64,000 bases of DNA from Monocercomonoides exilis PA203 (lineage: Eukaryota > Protista > Preaxostyla): contig LSRY02000046.1 in NCBI GenBank assembly GCA_001643675.2, forward strand, positions 372,001-436,000. The letters run 5' to 3'. Made by a program: the position numbers and the translations under genes. The notes below the pieces were generated by a model that worked only from the letters and a program-made list of their open reading frames with translations, was not told the origin of the DNA and ran no database searches. This document shows positions 46,705 to 58,289 of the stretch, piece by piece; the first letter of the stretch is position 1, and the number at the start of each line of letters is the position of its first letter.

Positions 46705-49700
46705 ATGAACCTGTTCATTTTATGGTCCATTGCATTTTTTTCATTTGTTTCTGTGCACAACCTTGATGGCAGCAATTTATATAACCATGCAACAACAATT
46801 ATGAGTTCAGGAATGCAAAGCTTATCATTTGCACAAATTTATTATGAAAAGAGCAAACAAAACAAGCATGAAGATAAGCATTCATTTTTTATTGCCGAGA
46901 ACGCTACAGTTAACTTATGTGCATTTATCTACAACGTTGATGTGGAGAAACATTTTGCATCAGTGGACTCTCATTCGCTGCTGGATATTTGCTGTTGTTC
47001 GTTTTTTGTGCTTCCTCAATCGAAAAACGTGCTTGACTGCTTCGAAGGCCGAATATGTCTCAGTAATATTTCGATCGATTTTGTTGGTCGAGACCGCCAA
47101 TTATCATCTCTGATTCCTCATTATTCAAAGGAAGTTCTTTCTCGTTGTGGTGAACTGCGCATGTCTTCTTTGAGGATTTCGTCATTTGAACTCCTTGGCG
47201 ATGGTCCATTTCTTTTTTCGAATTGCCTATCATCAACATCAGTGTCTGATGCTATATTGGATAACATCACTTTGCCAAAAAACAGAAAAAAATGTGATAA
47301 TGAAAATGGCTGCTCTGACCGAGTCTTGGTGGAAAGCACAGCGATGATTGGTTGTGAAAGTCCGTATTCTGGAGGCATTCTTTCACCTTCAATGATATCT
47401 TTTCGATGCAGAAATTCATCATTTTTGAAATGCTTCACAACTTTCAATAAAAGGCAAGTATTTTCAGGAGGAGAAAATGAATTTTACGATGACACATTCA
47501 ATGTTCAAAGCGATGAGTCCGGCGGGGCTCTGTATGGTGAGGGAAATGCAACAATCGAATTGCACAGATGTACGCTCATCGAATGCTCCTCAAAAAACTA
47601 TGGTGGTGCTGTTGCAATGGGTTCTTCAAAAGGAATATTTGTATCTGAAGATTGCAATGTTCAAGAATGCTTTTCTTCATCAGAAACAGGAGGTTATCTG
47701 ATTCATAATTTGGATTCAGCACTGATAAACTCCACAACAATGAACAATTGTTCTTCAAATAGCAAAACATGTTTTTATTGTCTTTCATTCCAAAAGAACT
47801 CATGTATGGTGATTTCAAGCATTTTTGACAATGCGAGCTCGATTCAATACTCTTCTGTAACACACATTTGGTATCTAAGCACTTTTCTGATGATTTCTAA
47901 TTGCTTGATGAAGAACTGCAAGAGTGAATACTATGCTCCTTGCATATTATTTGCAGAAGAAGGAATAACAAGCAAGCCTTCCGTGAATCTTAAATATTGC
48001 CTTTTCCATAACAATACAGCAAAAAATGATGCATTTGGATATGATATTCACATTGGGAATTTTCAACAGTGGAAGGAAATTGATAAAAACAACATTTCTG
48101 ATTGTTATTCCACAAGCGCATCCCCAAGAATCACAAGATGCAATGACGGATTCTATGAATGCACTGATATATCAGATCTGAGTTCGTGGATGAAAGACAA
48201 TGAGAACAATCACCAAATAACAGCCGATTATTCAGCAGGGATTGATCATGAGCAGTGCGGTTTTGCCCCTTTGTGTCGTTCAATCAAATATTCTCTCGAA
48301 AGAACAACAAGCAATTCGAACAAGACACTGATCCTGCGACCAAGTGTGTTCAAGGAAGAACAAATTTCAATTTCTTCCAGCGATTTCAGTGTTTGTGGAC
48401 TGTCAAAGAATGAATGTGTTGTGCAATCAGCATCATCATTGGAGCCAGTCTTTGATGTTTTGTCTGGAACCTTTTGTGCTCAGAAAGTGACAATGCTTCA
48501 AGGGAATGCAGAGAGTGGGACAAGCATGCCATTTGTGGTGATGGATGGTGATGGATCATTGACAATGGAGGAATGCGAAATATCATCAGTTGACAGTAAA
48601 TTGCAGCTTGAGGTGTCTTTCATGCAGATATTTGGAGGAAATGTGGAATTGTTGGGAGTTGGAATTGCTGGCATGAATTTCTTGTCTAACAGTTTCATTT
48701 CATTCATTGCAAATCGATCTGGATCAGTGTTGCATGTGGTGAACACAAACTTCACATCGATTCAAAGGCTGTCAGGAAGTGGTGGAATAATTGAGAGATA
48801 TGATGCATTCACGGGAAGTGTTGTTGTTGAAAACTGCCATTTTGAGAATGTGTCAGCAGGAAAAGATGGAGGTGGTCTGGCGATGAGAGGAGAATGGAAA
48901 GGAGAGTTGATTGTGAATGGAACATCGATATTTGAGGGATGCTGTGCAGGAAGTCTTGAAGAAAAGTGGAGAGGAGGAGGGATGTTTATAAGTGCTGATT
49001 CAATAGAATCTGAATTCACCATTTGCGAAAATGTGATATTTTCTGAAGAAAATCCGAACAAGGCTGATTATGGAAAAGATGTTTTTGTTAATTGCGGAAA
49101 GGGTATTTTGTTGGAGCAAAAAGTGAATTCTGCCTCATTTGAATTCTTGGATCCACAAGAGATTCAGGGAGATGTGTTGAAGTTGAGTGGAAGTGAGGAT
49201 GGGACATCATTGCCAGTTATTCCATTGTGCGCGTATTTGTGTGATCTCGAATCTCCCATTTCAATTGACGAAAGAGATGGCACTGATCATTCGCATTGTG
49301 GATATTCCGTTTTCTGCTGTTCAACAATCGACTTCTGCATTCGTGAGCGAGTGAATGAGTCAGTGAATTCGATGGAAGTGATATCGTCAACATCGATCAA
49401 GAACCCATTTGTTGTTCCGTTGTTTCCAACATCTCAAATATCAATTTCTTCTTCATCGACATCATCTTCTTCGAGCCAATATCCCTTGGTGAATATTGGC
49501 TTGACTGACAATATCTCCACTGACTGCCACAATGTTATTCAGTGCTCTGGCAGCTTTTCTCTGTCTTTCTTATCTTTTGTTCTTCCTTGTATTCTTCCTT
49601 CTTCAATATCTTCGATTATTCAGTCAACAATATTTTTCTCTTTGAACAATATTTCGATTGCATTTTCAGCTGATAATATTGTGAGCTCTGTGGTATTTTC

Positions 49701-52700
49701 ATTGATTCATGTGAGTGGAGGTGAATTGGAGCTCACGGGATTGGTTGTTTCTGAGGATGTCACTTTCACAGCACTTTCGCCAATCAACGTGAACGGAGCA
49801 TCGCGGGTGGCAGTTGAGGGATGCACATTGACAGAGATGACACACGAGGGAGGAAGCGGAGGATGCATGTCAGTGGAAACGAGTGGTGGAGGATCCATTT
49901 CGATCAAGAACACGAACATATCATCAAAGTGCGAAAACGAAGAAGGACTCAGAGGGGGAGGGTTGATTATATCAGTTGGAAGTGGAGGAAGCTTGGAAAT
50001 GAAAAATGTGAATTTGTCTGAATGTGAAGTGCCACCAGAGGATAGAGAGGATGGAGGAAGAGGAATGGGAGGAGGGATGTTTGTTGAACTTCCTGATCAA
50101 ATTGGATCATTTGTGCTTGAAGGAATGATATTTGAGGGATGCAACGGTTGGAAAGGGAAGAATGTGTTTGTGTCAGGATGGGATCTGAGAGAGATTGTGA
50201 ACAATGATCACTTCAAATGGGAGATGAGTTCAGAGGAGTTGGAATCATTGGATGGGCTATGTGGATGGGAAAGGATGACAACAGGAGAGGAGGGATATGT
50301 GATTCCGTTGGTTGTGTATTTGTGGTCAAATTGGAGTGGAAATGGGTTTGTTTCGAAAGAGAAAGGATTTGATTTCAGTGGATGTGGATATTCAGAAGCA
50401 CCATGCTCTTCGGTTGACCACATGATCAAAATGCGATTATCTCCAGTTGCTTTGGAGAAATCGGTCATCAAAGTAGAAGGATCAGCTTCACTCAAACATT
50501 CAGTTTCTTTGCTGCCTTCAAAACCGTCCGATGAGAACCGGCCTTTGATGTCAGTTGAAGGAGGTGGTGAGGTTGTGCACTTGTTCATTTCTGATGATGG
50601 AGATTCCTCGTATGATGGCTCGCTGATCTCCAACTCGGTGAATGCTTCCTTTTCAAACATAATAATCGATCTTCCGAGCAGATGTGAGTTCCACAAATCA
50701 TTGATCCGGTCTGTGTATTCGGTGTCTTTCTCTCTTTGCAGGTTCATTCCATCTGATTCATTATCTCCTTTTTCTTCATTGTGTGTGCTTGACATTGTGG
50801 AAGGGGATGTCTCCCTGGAGCACTGTGCACTTGTGACTTTGTCTCTTTCAAGCCCATTTCTGCGACTATCAGCCATTTTCCATTCTGTTCATATGCATAA
50901 CACATCATTCACAAATTCATCAATTTCTTCTGGCAGTTTCATTTCTATTTTCCCCTCTGAACTCCGGCCAAATCAATTTGTTTCAGGAGACTCACCTGAT
51001 TTGCCAGTGAATTCTCCGTCAATGAACATATCATCTGTCACAGTCGAGAATGTTTCGAGAACTGAGAAAGGATCAGTATTTTTGGATGTGGATGAGTTTG
51101 TTGGATTGAAGTGTGGAATGGAGAATTGCACGTTCTGGAACTGTCTCAGCCGACAAAGCAACAGAGGAGGAGGGTTGATGATGCACATGAAGAATGAGGA
51201 GTCGAGCCTGGGAGTGAAAAACAGCACATTTGTGTTGTGCACTTGCTCTGAGATCGCAGGGAGAGGAGGAGGGATGATGCTGGACTTTTGTGATCCAGAT
51301 GCTCCTTTTCAAGCCCCTTGCCAGCCTCTTCTCCTTCATGTTGCGAATGTTCAATTCATGATGAACAATGCATTCATGGGGAAGGATGTGTTTGTCAAAT
51401 GCTATTCGATCGGTGAGCAGATCAACGAAACACTTTTTGCTCTTGACTTTTCACAACCCTCGCTGCGCATGAACACATCGATATGTGGGAGCGACTTGAC
51501 ACATTCAGACATCGATCTCAACCCACTGATCACATTTCTGTACACGCCGCAGGTGTTTGTGTCGATGGAGTTTGAAGACAGCAACCAGTGTGGGAAACAG
51601 GACAATCCGTGCAGAAGTGTGTCGCATGGAGTGAGACATGTGCAAGTTGGGTTGTTCAATGCAATCTGTGTTGATTCATCAACCGTGGTTGTTGAGCCGA
51701 CAGTCATCAGCGATCTCACACTGAAGTCAATCATCAAACAGCAATCAGCAATTCATTTCAATTCATCGATTGAAGTGAAGCCTGAAGGGTCGTGGATTGT
51801 GTTGTTTGAAAACGAGTGTTTGGTTGAAGACTGCTTGTTTTCATTTGATGAGTTTTTCTCAGCAGAACACATCACAATTTTGGAGCAATTGAATGGTTCG
51901 TTAACATTTTCGAACTGTACTCTGCAATCTTCATCTGTTGAGTTCACTATCAATTCGAGCCTTATTGTGATTGAAGGAGGAGTATTTGAGATGGAAAAGA
52001 GCTCAATAAATGCAATCAGCACAATGCATCAGCTATTCTTCTTCAAAAGTGGGTCGATTGCGACAATAAGTCAGATCAAGATTTCAGAAATAAAAACAAC
52101 AGAAAGTGCGATATTAGTTGAATCAGGTGCATCAGTTAATATCTCGCAACTGACTGCATCTAATATCAAGCTGTGTGGAGAAAACTATATTTGTTTGACA
52201 AGAGAGAAGAAGCAGAACAGCAATAGAGAAGAAGACGATGAAAAAAGAGTTTTGTTGTGTGTGAGCATTTCAACGATGTCAAACATCACCAGCAACAACA
52301 TGAACTCTCATGTGATTGAAGCAATCAGCGAAAAATCAAAATGTGAATTGTTGAATTGTTCGTTTGAAAGGTGTTTCACGCCATCTGAGAAAGGGAGCTT
52401 GGTTGAAATATCGATGGGTGCATATCTCTCTTTGGAGCTGTGCAAGCTGACTGGATGTGAAAATGACCTTCAGGGTGGAAAAAAGGCAGAAGAAGAAATA
52501 TGCAGATGGAATGGATCAGTTGTTGATGTCACCAAGAGCTCTGCGATTATGAAAGGTACAACAATCTCAAATACAGCCAAAGGTGGAATAACAATGAGTG
52601 GAGGAAGCGTAATTATTGATAAAGGAGAATTTATGAACAACAATCCCTCAATTGAAGGATATCCATCATTGAGAAGGAATATCATCTGTTCTGATTCTGG

Positions 52701-54543
52701 ATCTTTGAAAGTGATGAGTTTGAAAGGAGGAGATGGATTGGAAAGAAATACATCACTTTGGATGTTGAATGAAGGGTGCAGTTTTGAAGGGATTGTTTCA
52801 GAAAGGGATTCATCGTTCTTCATTCCTGTATTGGAGAGTGTGGAAGTTAAAGAAGAGACAAACAGAATGAAATTGATATTCAAAGGGATGCTTCTTGTTC
52901 CATGCAATCTGTCATTCATGGTTGTGAAGCAAATTGGAGAAGAAAAACAGATTGAAAAACATGATTTTGACACAAGTGGGTTTTTATCAGAAACAGAAGC
53001 AGAAGGAAGTGTGGCAAAAGATCTCATCAGCAGTTGTGGAAATGAAATAGAAGTAAGTGTTCACATTTCCTTCGGAGTTACTGAAACTTCATTATCAACA
53101 TATTCTTTCATCTTGAAGAATGCAAGTGAATCTGAACCAAAAGGAAATGAAAATCTTGTTGAAGGAGGAAAAGAAGGAAAGTCATCGTGGGCATTGATTG
53201 TGATTGCAATATTTGCAGTGTCGTTCTTGGTTGTTTTTGTTGGATTTGTTTTGTTTGTTGTTCGATGGAGAAAGATCAAGAATGAAGCAGAAGATCTGAG
53301 AGAGATTGTGAATGATAACATCAGAAAAGATCCGAAGGCGTTTGAGATGGTGATGATGGAGATGTCGCCCGAAGAGCAGTGGAGGAGAGCAGAGAGGGAG
53401 GCAGAGAAGAAAAATGATGAAAGGATAAAGAAGAGAGTATATGATTCGAATATGCAACATTCAGAGTCATCTGAACATCTTCTTTCTGAGAGTGGCTCCA
53501 CTGAATACATCCTTGGAAGGGATTCAGACAAAATTCCAGAATGGGCATTGGAAAAATTTGATGAGGAAGAAGATGATATATCGAGGAAGCGAACTCCCTC
53601 ACCATCCATTTTATCCACTTCAACAACAGACACTTCAGACTCAGATTCAACTTTTGTCCGAGGAGAGGATTTGTGCCCAACCACTTCATCGATGTCGAAT
53701 CTGGTGGATGCAACAGCCTGTTCATCTCCACATGAGAAGCTGATTGTGGACTTGAGGGATTCGCTGTTCATGCTGCTTCACGGAAGGAACGCGAAGAAAG
53801 AAATGGTGATTGGAAGTCTTCAACAAAGAGAGCAGACAGCTGCCCAGATCCTGTTCTGGGTAGCCAATCTCGCTCTTCACTCCTTTGATGAGATGGAAAA
53901 CGGATTATCTTCACTGACCAATCTGAGTCCTCACATTGTGTTGTTCTCAGAACACATGGTGATCTGTGTTGCCATGCATTCTGACTGCTCTTCTTCAGAT
54001 TCAGATTCATCTTCCATCTCTTCATCAACTGTTGTGACGTCTGCAAGTGACGATGACAGTGACTCCCTTCCTTCCTCAGCGTTTGAGGATGAGGATGATT
54101 TCAAAAAGGAGTGTTTGAGGTGGAAGGCACCAGAGCTGCTGATGAACAGGAAGATGGGAGCGTCAAAGAAATCTGTTGTGTTTTCGATTGGGATGATGCT
54201 GTGGGAGTGCCTGACGCTGAAGGTCCCGTTTGGGGAGTATGAGGCAGAGACAGCAGGGCAGAAGATTGTGAATGGTGAAAGGCCTCCGTTGGAAAAGCTG
54301 CCAGCGGAGTTGCAGAGATATGTGGAGGCATGCTGGAGCGGGGAGAGGAAAAGCCGGCCGACGCTGGTGGAAGTGAAGCGAGCGCTGTTTGGAAGATTCC
54401 CGAAGGATGGAGCGATGTTCACGGTGTCGGATGCAATCACATATCTGGTTCCATCGAGGAATGATGGGCAGGGCAGCAGGGAGAACGACAGCAGGGAGAC
54501 AGTTGCAACAATCAATGAAGTTCAAAACATTGGCATGAAATAA
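46705..54543 (+). CDS. 2612-aa type I receptor-like protein: repeated beta-helix-like ectodomain modules, one TM, degenerate kinase C-lobe
   Basis: Signal peptide; GGA(L/V)/GGG(L/M) motifs; four G.D...CG....C.S(I/V)-type modules; TM WALIVIAIFAVSFLVVFVGFVLFVV; LRWKAPELL, SVVFSIGMMLWECLT..VPF, G.RP, CW...RP. No GxGxxG, VAIK, HRD or DFG. Intronless. Confidence 0.88.
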   Translation: MNLFILWSIAFFSFVSVHNLDGSNLYNHATTIMSSGMQSLSFAQIYYEKSKQNKHEDKHSFFIAENATVNLCAFIYNVDVEKHFASVDSHSLLDICCCSFFVLPQSKNVLDCFEGRICLSNISIDFVGRDRQLSSLIPHYSKEVLSRCGELRMSSLRISSFELLGDGPFLFSNCLSSTSVSDAILDNITLPKNRKKCDNENGCSDRVLVESTAMIGCESPYSGGILSPSMISFRCRNSSFLKCFTTFNKRQVFSGGENEFYDDTFNVQSDESGGALYGEGNATIELHRCTLIECSSKNYGGAVAMGSSKGIFVSEDCNVQECFSSSETGGYLIHNLDSALINSTTMNNCSSNSKTCFYCLSFQKNSCMVISSIFDNASSIQYSSVTHIWYLSTFLMISNCLMKNCKSEYYAPCILFAEEGITSKPSVNLKYCLFHNNTAKNDAFGYDIHIGNFQQWKEIDKNNISDCYSTSASPRITRCNDGFYECTDISDLSSWMKDNENNHQITADYSAGIDHEQCGFAPLCRSIKYSLERTTSNSNKTLILRPSVFKEEQISISSSDFSVCGLSKNECVVQSASSLEPVFDVLSGTFCAQKVTMLQGNAESGTSMPFVVMDGDGSLTMEECEISSVDSKLQLEVSFMQIFGGNVELLGVGIAGMNFLSNSFISFIANRSGSVLHVVNTNFTSIQRLSGSGGIIERYDAFTGSVVVENCHFENVSAGKDGGGLAMRGEWKGELIVNGTSIFEGCCAGSLEEKWRGGGMFISADSIESEFTICENVIFSEENPNKADYGKDVFVNCGKGILLEQKVNSASFEFLDPQEIQGDVLKLSGSEDGTSLPVIPLCAYLCDLESPISIDERDGTDHSHCGYSVFCCSTIDFCIRERVNESVNSMEVISSTSIKNPFVVPLFPTSQISISSSSTSSSSSQYPLVNIGLTDNISTDCHNVIQCSGSFSLSFLSFVLPCILPSSISSIIQSTIFFSLNNISIAFSADNIVSSVVFSLIHVSGGELELTGLVVSEDVTFTALSPINVNGASRVAVEGCTLTEMTHEGGSGGCMSVETSGGGSISIKNTNISSKCENEEGLRGGGLIISVGSGGSLEMKNVNLSECEVPPEDREDGGRGMGGGMFVELPDQIGSFVLEGMIFEGCNGWKGKNVFVSGWDLREIVNNDHFKWEMSSEELESLDGLCGWERMTTGEEGYVIPLVVYLWSNWSGNGFVSKEKGFDFSGCGYSEAPCSSVDHMIKMRLSPVALEKSVIKVEGSASLKHSVSLLPSKPSDENRPLMSVEGGGEVVHLFISDDGDSSYDGSLISNSVNASFSNIIIDLPSRCEFHKSLIRSVYSVSFSLCRFIPSDSLSPFSSLCVLDIVEGDVSLEHCALVTLSLSSPFLRLSAIFHSVHMHNTSFTNSSISSGSFISIFPSELRPNQFVSGDSPDLPVNSPSMNISSVTVENVSRTEKGSVFLDVDEFVGLKCGMENCTFWNCLSRQSNRGGGLMMHMKNEESSLGVKNSTFVLCTCSEIAGRGGGMMLDFCDPDAPFQAPCQPLLLHVANVQFMMNNAFMGKDVFVKCYSIGEQINETLFALDFSQPSLRMNTSICGSDLTHSDIDLNPLITFLYTPQVFVSMEFEDSNQCGKQDNPCRSVSHGVRHVQVGLFNAICVDSSTVVVEPTVISDLTLKSIIKQQSAIHFNSSIEVKPEGSWIVLFENECLVEDCLFSFDEFFSAEHITILEQLNGSLTFSNCTLQSSSVEFTINSSLIVIEGGVFEMEKSSINAISTMHQLFFFKSGSIATISQIKISEIKTTESAILVESGASVNISQLTASNIKLCGENYICLTREKKQNSNREEDDEKRVLLCVSISTMSNITSNNMNSHVIEAISEKSKCELLNCSFERCFTPSEKGSLVEISMGAYLSLELCKLTGCENDLQGGKKAEEEICRWNGSVVDVTKSSAIMKGTTISNTAKGGITMSGGSVIIDKGEFMNNNPSIEGYPSLRRNIICSDSGSLKVMSLKGGDGLERNTSLWMLNEGCSFEGIVSERDSSFFIPVLESVEVKEETNRMKLIFKGMLLVPCNLSFMVVKQIGEEKQIEKHDFDTSGFLSETEAEGSVAKDLISSCGNEIEVSVHISFGVTETSLSTYSFILKNASESEPKGNENLVEGGKEGKSSWALIVIAIFAVSFLVVFVGFVLFVVRWRKIKNEAEDLREIVNDNIRKDPKAFEMVMMEMSPEEQWRRAEREAEKKNDERIKKRVYDSNMQHSESSEHLLSESGSTEYILGRDSDKIPEWALEKFDEEEDDISRKRTPSPSILSTSTTDTSDSDSTFVRGEDLCPTTSSMSNLVDATACSSPHEKLIVDLRDSLFMLLHGRNAKKEMVIGSLQQREQTAAQILFWVANLALHSFDEMENGLSSLTNLSPHIVLFSEHMVICVAMHSDCSSSDSDSSSISSSTVVTSASDDDSDSLPSSAFEDEDDFKKECLRWKAPELLMNRKMGASKKSVVFSIGMMLWECLTLKVPFGEYEAETAGQKIVNGERPPLEKLPAELQRYVEACWSGERKSRPTLVEVKRALFGRFPKDGAMFTVSDAITYLVPSRNDGQGSRENDSRETVATINEVQNIGMK

Positions 54544-55709
54544 AACGAAGAAAAAAAATGAAATGAAATGACACGAAATAAAAAACTTGTGATGTTATCA
54601 TTTGTGGAAATATATTCCGCTTCACTTGCAAGAAGCAAAGCTGGAAATAAGAAGGAAACGTTGCAAATATCTCAGCTCCCACAAGAAGTTCGTTCATTGT
54701 TGCATTTTGTGCAGAATGTCGAATTGTCGAGAATGGAGGCATCGACTTGCATCTGATGTGTTGTCTTTTGCATCTCTGATCATTCATTTTCGTTTTGAAA
54801 AGTGTTTTGGCTTGTTGAATTATCATCAACTTGATGATTGGACGTTTTCCATTCGTTTGAGTTGTTAATGCTTAAAAATTATCTTTGATTATCCCATTTG
54901 TGACAACGCTTATTGTTGAATATTATTCTAATTGCTCATGGCTTTCGATTTTCAAAAAATAAGAAAAAGTCCTTTGAGTCGAAACTGTATTTATTTAAAT
55001 CTGTATATATCCATGTATGTGTGAATTTAATTATATATTTTTTGTATATTTATTTGTTTGTGTGCTCTGAAAATATGTAATCATTCTTATTTAGTTCAAA
55101 TTAAATGCTACATCTTCTTTCTTCTTGAACAAATAATTTTCATGTTGTTTTTCTTTCGTATTTCTGCAACATGGAAGAGGCATTAACATTTACAAATACA
55201 ATAATATTTTTCCTTCGATAAATAATTTATTATTTCAAACTTTATTCAAGAAATTGAATCACAAAAAACAGAATTCAATTCCAAAATAAGAATTTCAATT
55301 TTATAATTTATTAAATATTTACGACATTTTGAATAGAAAATTTTTGTTTTTTATTTAAATGACTTATTCTCTTTGCGAAACTGTTTTTAATCTAAATTAT
55401 TTTTTTTTTTTTTTTTTTTTTTTAAATTCAATGCTACTCAAAACTATTTTGTTAGAATATCAAATTATCCAATCAAGAAATGCAAAAGGCGGTCTTTCAA
55501 ATGATAAAAAAAAAAAAATTGTATTTTTTGTGATGAAAGAATCACCCCCTTTGAAATTTGATAACATCCAACTCACTCCATATGCATTTTTGAATTTTCT
55601 TATGAAATAAGAACAGATTGGGCGAACAAAAATACAGATAATATTAATCTATTTGTTGAAATTATTATGGTAATATTTTTCACATAAAATATTAAAAGCT
55701 TGAAGCTCC

Positions 55710-58289
55710 ATGATTTTTTTACAAATTTCATTAGCTTTTTCAATGTATTATGCTATTTATTTTGAACATTTGGATAATGCTGCACTTGAAACCGGGATTT
55801 ATGAGATAGAAGTGGAGAATAAACAATTGTTTGCTGATTTTCAAAATGAAACGAAACTCCAAGAAATCTCAAAGAACAGCTATGTAAATTTTTGCCAGGA
55901 ATCTGATTTTTGTCCTGATTTGATGCAAGATAGATGGGTTAAAGGATCTTATAGAACTGTTTCTTATAATACTAATGGATGCTCTGCAGATACAGTAACA
56001 GCTGACACAGCAATTGCTTATTTACTCGATTATTATTATAGGCTAATGTATTTTCCTTCGGATCCCGAACAAATTTCTCATATGCATGTTGCAAGATGCA
56101 ACGAATTTGATTCGTTCGATCCAACTCAATCACATCAACCTGAGGTTCAAGGATCCCATTGCGGAAGAAGAGGAACACCACCAGTAGGCCATCCAATTAC
56201 CTCATTTTTTTCTTTGTCTTTACATCCACCACCCGCTTTAAGTTGCGTAAAAAAACCACTTGAAAATCCAACTGAAATTACGTGCCCGACAACATGTGAT
56301 GATTCGGATGAAGAAGGTTCGCTTGAGCAAATGATTGGAAAACACATTTTTATCCCTCATTTGGGATTTTTAAGAAATCGCACAGTTGAAGAGTTAAAGG
56401 AACATATAATTAACTTTGGCCCCGTGATAATTCAAGGAAGTGTAAAAGATCCGGATTCATTAAAGCTTCCTTCAAGTTTCGACTCAGACGGAATATATGT
56501 TGGAGGGCAATCTTATTTGAGCTTTGCATATTCTCAAAAAAATATGAATGATGACTTCAATTTTACCCATTTGGACATTAAAATGACAAGTAACTTATCT
56601 GTCCCAAACACAGAAATCAATTCCACTACAAGATGGTTTGTCGTCGTTGGATGGAAGACGTTTACATACATTTCTGATGAATCTCCCGGAGAAATGAAAA
56701 TGTCTGAAGCTTGGCTGGTGCGAAATTATTATGGAGATGTACGAGGAGCGACTGTTGGAGCATCCACAGGTCTGAGAGGTTATTTTTACACATGGATAAG
56801 AGATGACGAGAAAAAGCGAGCGAGCGATCCTGTATTAATTGTACCGACAGGATATCGCACAGTGGAGGTAGCTTGCGAAAACGATGAGGTAATTGAAAGA
56901 AGAAACAGAAACTTTGCTGATGATCGAAAACAGTATAAACGCACAAATTCTGGGTGTGATGCAGGGAATACTGCAATAACAAAGGAAGAACCACTGTTTG
57001 ATGCATATTTTCTGTTTGGAAAGAAATCTGTTGTGGGATTGCTTGAAGATGCAAAAAAAGAAGGGCTCACAGAAAAAAATGTTGATGAAGAGTTGGTTCT
57101 GAGAACATGGAGCTTTGATCCAATCACAAAGATGCTGGACAAGTGGAGGAAAGTGCAAGAGAAGGAGATGGAAGCATACCACACATGGACGAAGCCAATG
57201 GCAAACGACTCCTCTTTTTCTATTTATCCTCTCGAAACTTTGCAGTCGAACGCACAGCTTAATGCGACATACGGGATGGACAGAGAAGGCAGAAGGCTAA
57301 GCAGATATTCCAACAATGAAGAGTTGCACATGATTGCAGACTCAATGGCGCTTGCTTACATTCTCCAGCAGAACAACCCTGCCAGCACAGATGTTCTCTC
57401 TCTGACTGGCAGCGCCGCATGCATTCCCGAGCTGGGCGACGGTGCAGGAGTGGCAACAAGAGGAGCGTCCCATTACGAGTCTGACAGAGCGGGGAGGGGA
57501 TTGTTCCCTGCTGGGATAAGCGGCACTGGATTTGTGACGCAAGATTGCATCTCGGAAGATTCCAGAGACGACAACTGCCCAACGACAAAGAAATGCACAG
57601 CTGCCGGCAAAGAATCTTCGAATATTGCATTCAAAGGAAGTAAGCTATTTCCAGTGTTTGCCACACGACTGGAGGAACAAGAGCTGAAAGAGATGATTGT
57701 CAAGTACGGCGCAATTGTTGCATACTTCCATCTCAACCGCAGCGACTTTGAGCAATACACTCGCAATGATCACAGCATTGGAGATGTGTATACGCCTTTC
57801 AGTGGCGAAGAAGAGAAAAGAGAACTGGTGCCGTTTTTGGTGCTGGGGTGGGGAACAACACAAGGAAGGACATACGGATCAAATGGTGCAAAGAATAATA
57901 GAGGAATGGAAAGGAGGCATCTTGACAAATCTTCTGATTCTGCAAGAAAATCTTATCATTTCACTCAAGCTGATTCTTTTTCTTCTGATTCATTTTCGTT
58001 TACACAGGAACGATCTAATGGCAATGGTGATTACTGGATCGTGAAGTCACCTATCCTTGTTGGCAACGGAGCTTCCTCTTCAACTGCAGGAAAGAACTAC
58101 TTGGGCCATCTGATGAATGTTGCCATCGGAAAGGCTTATGGTACAGATGCTGCGCACAATGCATACTTCTTTGCTGCTCCAAAGGGATCATCAGTTCGTA
58201 GCGGTGCAATTAAGCAGACACCGATGAGAGTAATGTCTGTTTGTGCAATTGTTTCAGTGCTGTTATTATCGCTCCTACGGCTTGCGTGA
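55710..58289 (+). CDS. Secreted/anchored protein with two degenerate papain-family (cathepsin B-like) domains, probably inactive
   Basis: Domain 1: CPTTCDD, ELKEHIINFGPV, FVVVGW, AWLVRNYYG, GLRGYF. Domain 2: TGFVTQDC, CPTTKKC, ELKEMIVKYGAI, FLVLGWG, DYWIVKS. Signal peptide and C-terminal hydrophobic tail. Intronless. Confidence 0.75.
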   Translation: MIFLQISLAFSMYYAIYFEHLDNAALETGIYEIEVENKQLFADFQNETKLQEISKNSYVNFCQESDFCPDLMQDRWVKGSYRTVSYNTNGCSADTVTADTAIAYLLDYYYRLMYFPSDPEQISHMHVARCNEFDSFDPTQSHQPEVQGSHCGRRGTPPVGHPITSFFSLSLHPPPALSCVKKPLENPTEITCPTTCDDSDEEGSLEQMIGKHIFIPHLGFLRNRTVEELKEHIINFGPVIIQGSVKDPDSLKLPSSFDSDGIYVGGQSYLSFAYSQKNMNDDFNFTHLDIKMTSNLSVPNTEINSTTRWFVVVGWKTFTYISDESPGEMKMSEAWLVRNYYGDVRGATVGASTGLRGYFYTWIRDDEKKRASDPVLIVPTGYRTVEVACENDEVIERRNRNFADDRKQYKRTNSGCDAGNTAITKEEPLFDAYFLFGKKSVVGLLEDAKKEGLTEKNVDEELVLRTWSFDPITKMLDKWRKVQEKEMEAYHTWTKPMANDSSFSIYPLETLQSNAQLNATYGMDREGRRLSRYSNNEELHMIADSMALAYILQQNNPASTDVLSLTGSAACIPELGDGAGVATRGASHYESDRAGRGLFPAGISGTGFVTQDCISEDSRDDNCPTTKKCTAAGKESSNIAFKGSKLFPVFATRLEEQELKEMIVKYGAIVAYFHLNRSDFEQYTRNDHSIGDVYTPFSGEEEKRELVPFLVLGWGTTQGRTYGSNGAKNNRGMERRHLDKSSDSARKSYHFTQADSFSSDSFSFTQERSNGNGDYWIVKSPILVGNGASSSTAGKNYLGHLMNVAIGKAYGTDAAHNAYFFAAPKGSSVRSGAIKQTPMRVMSVCAIVSVLLLSLLRLA

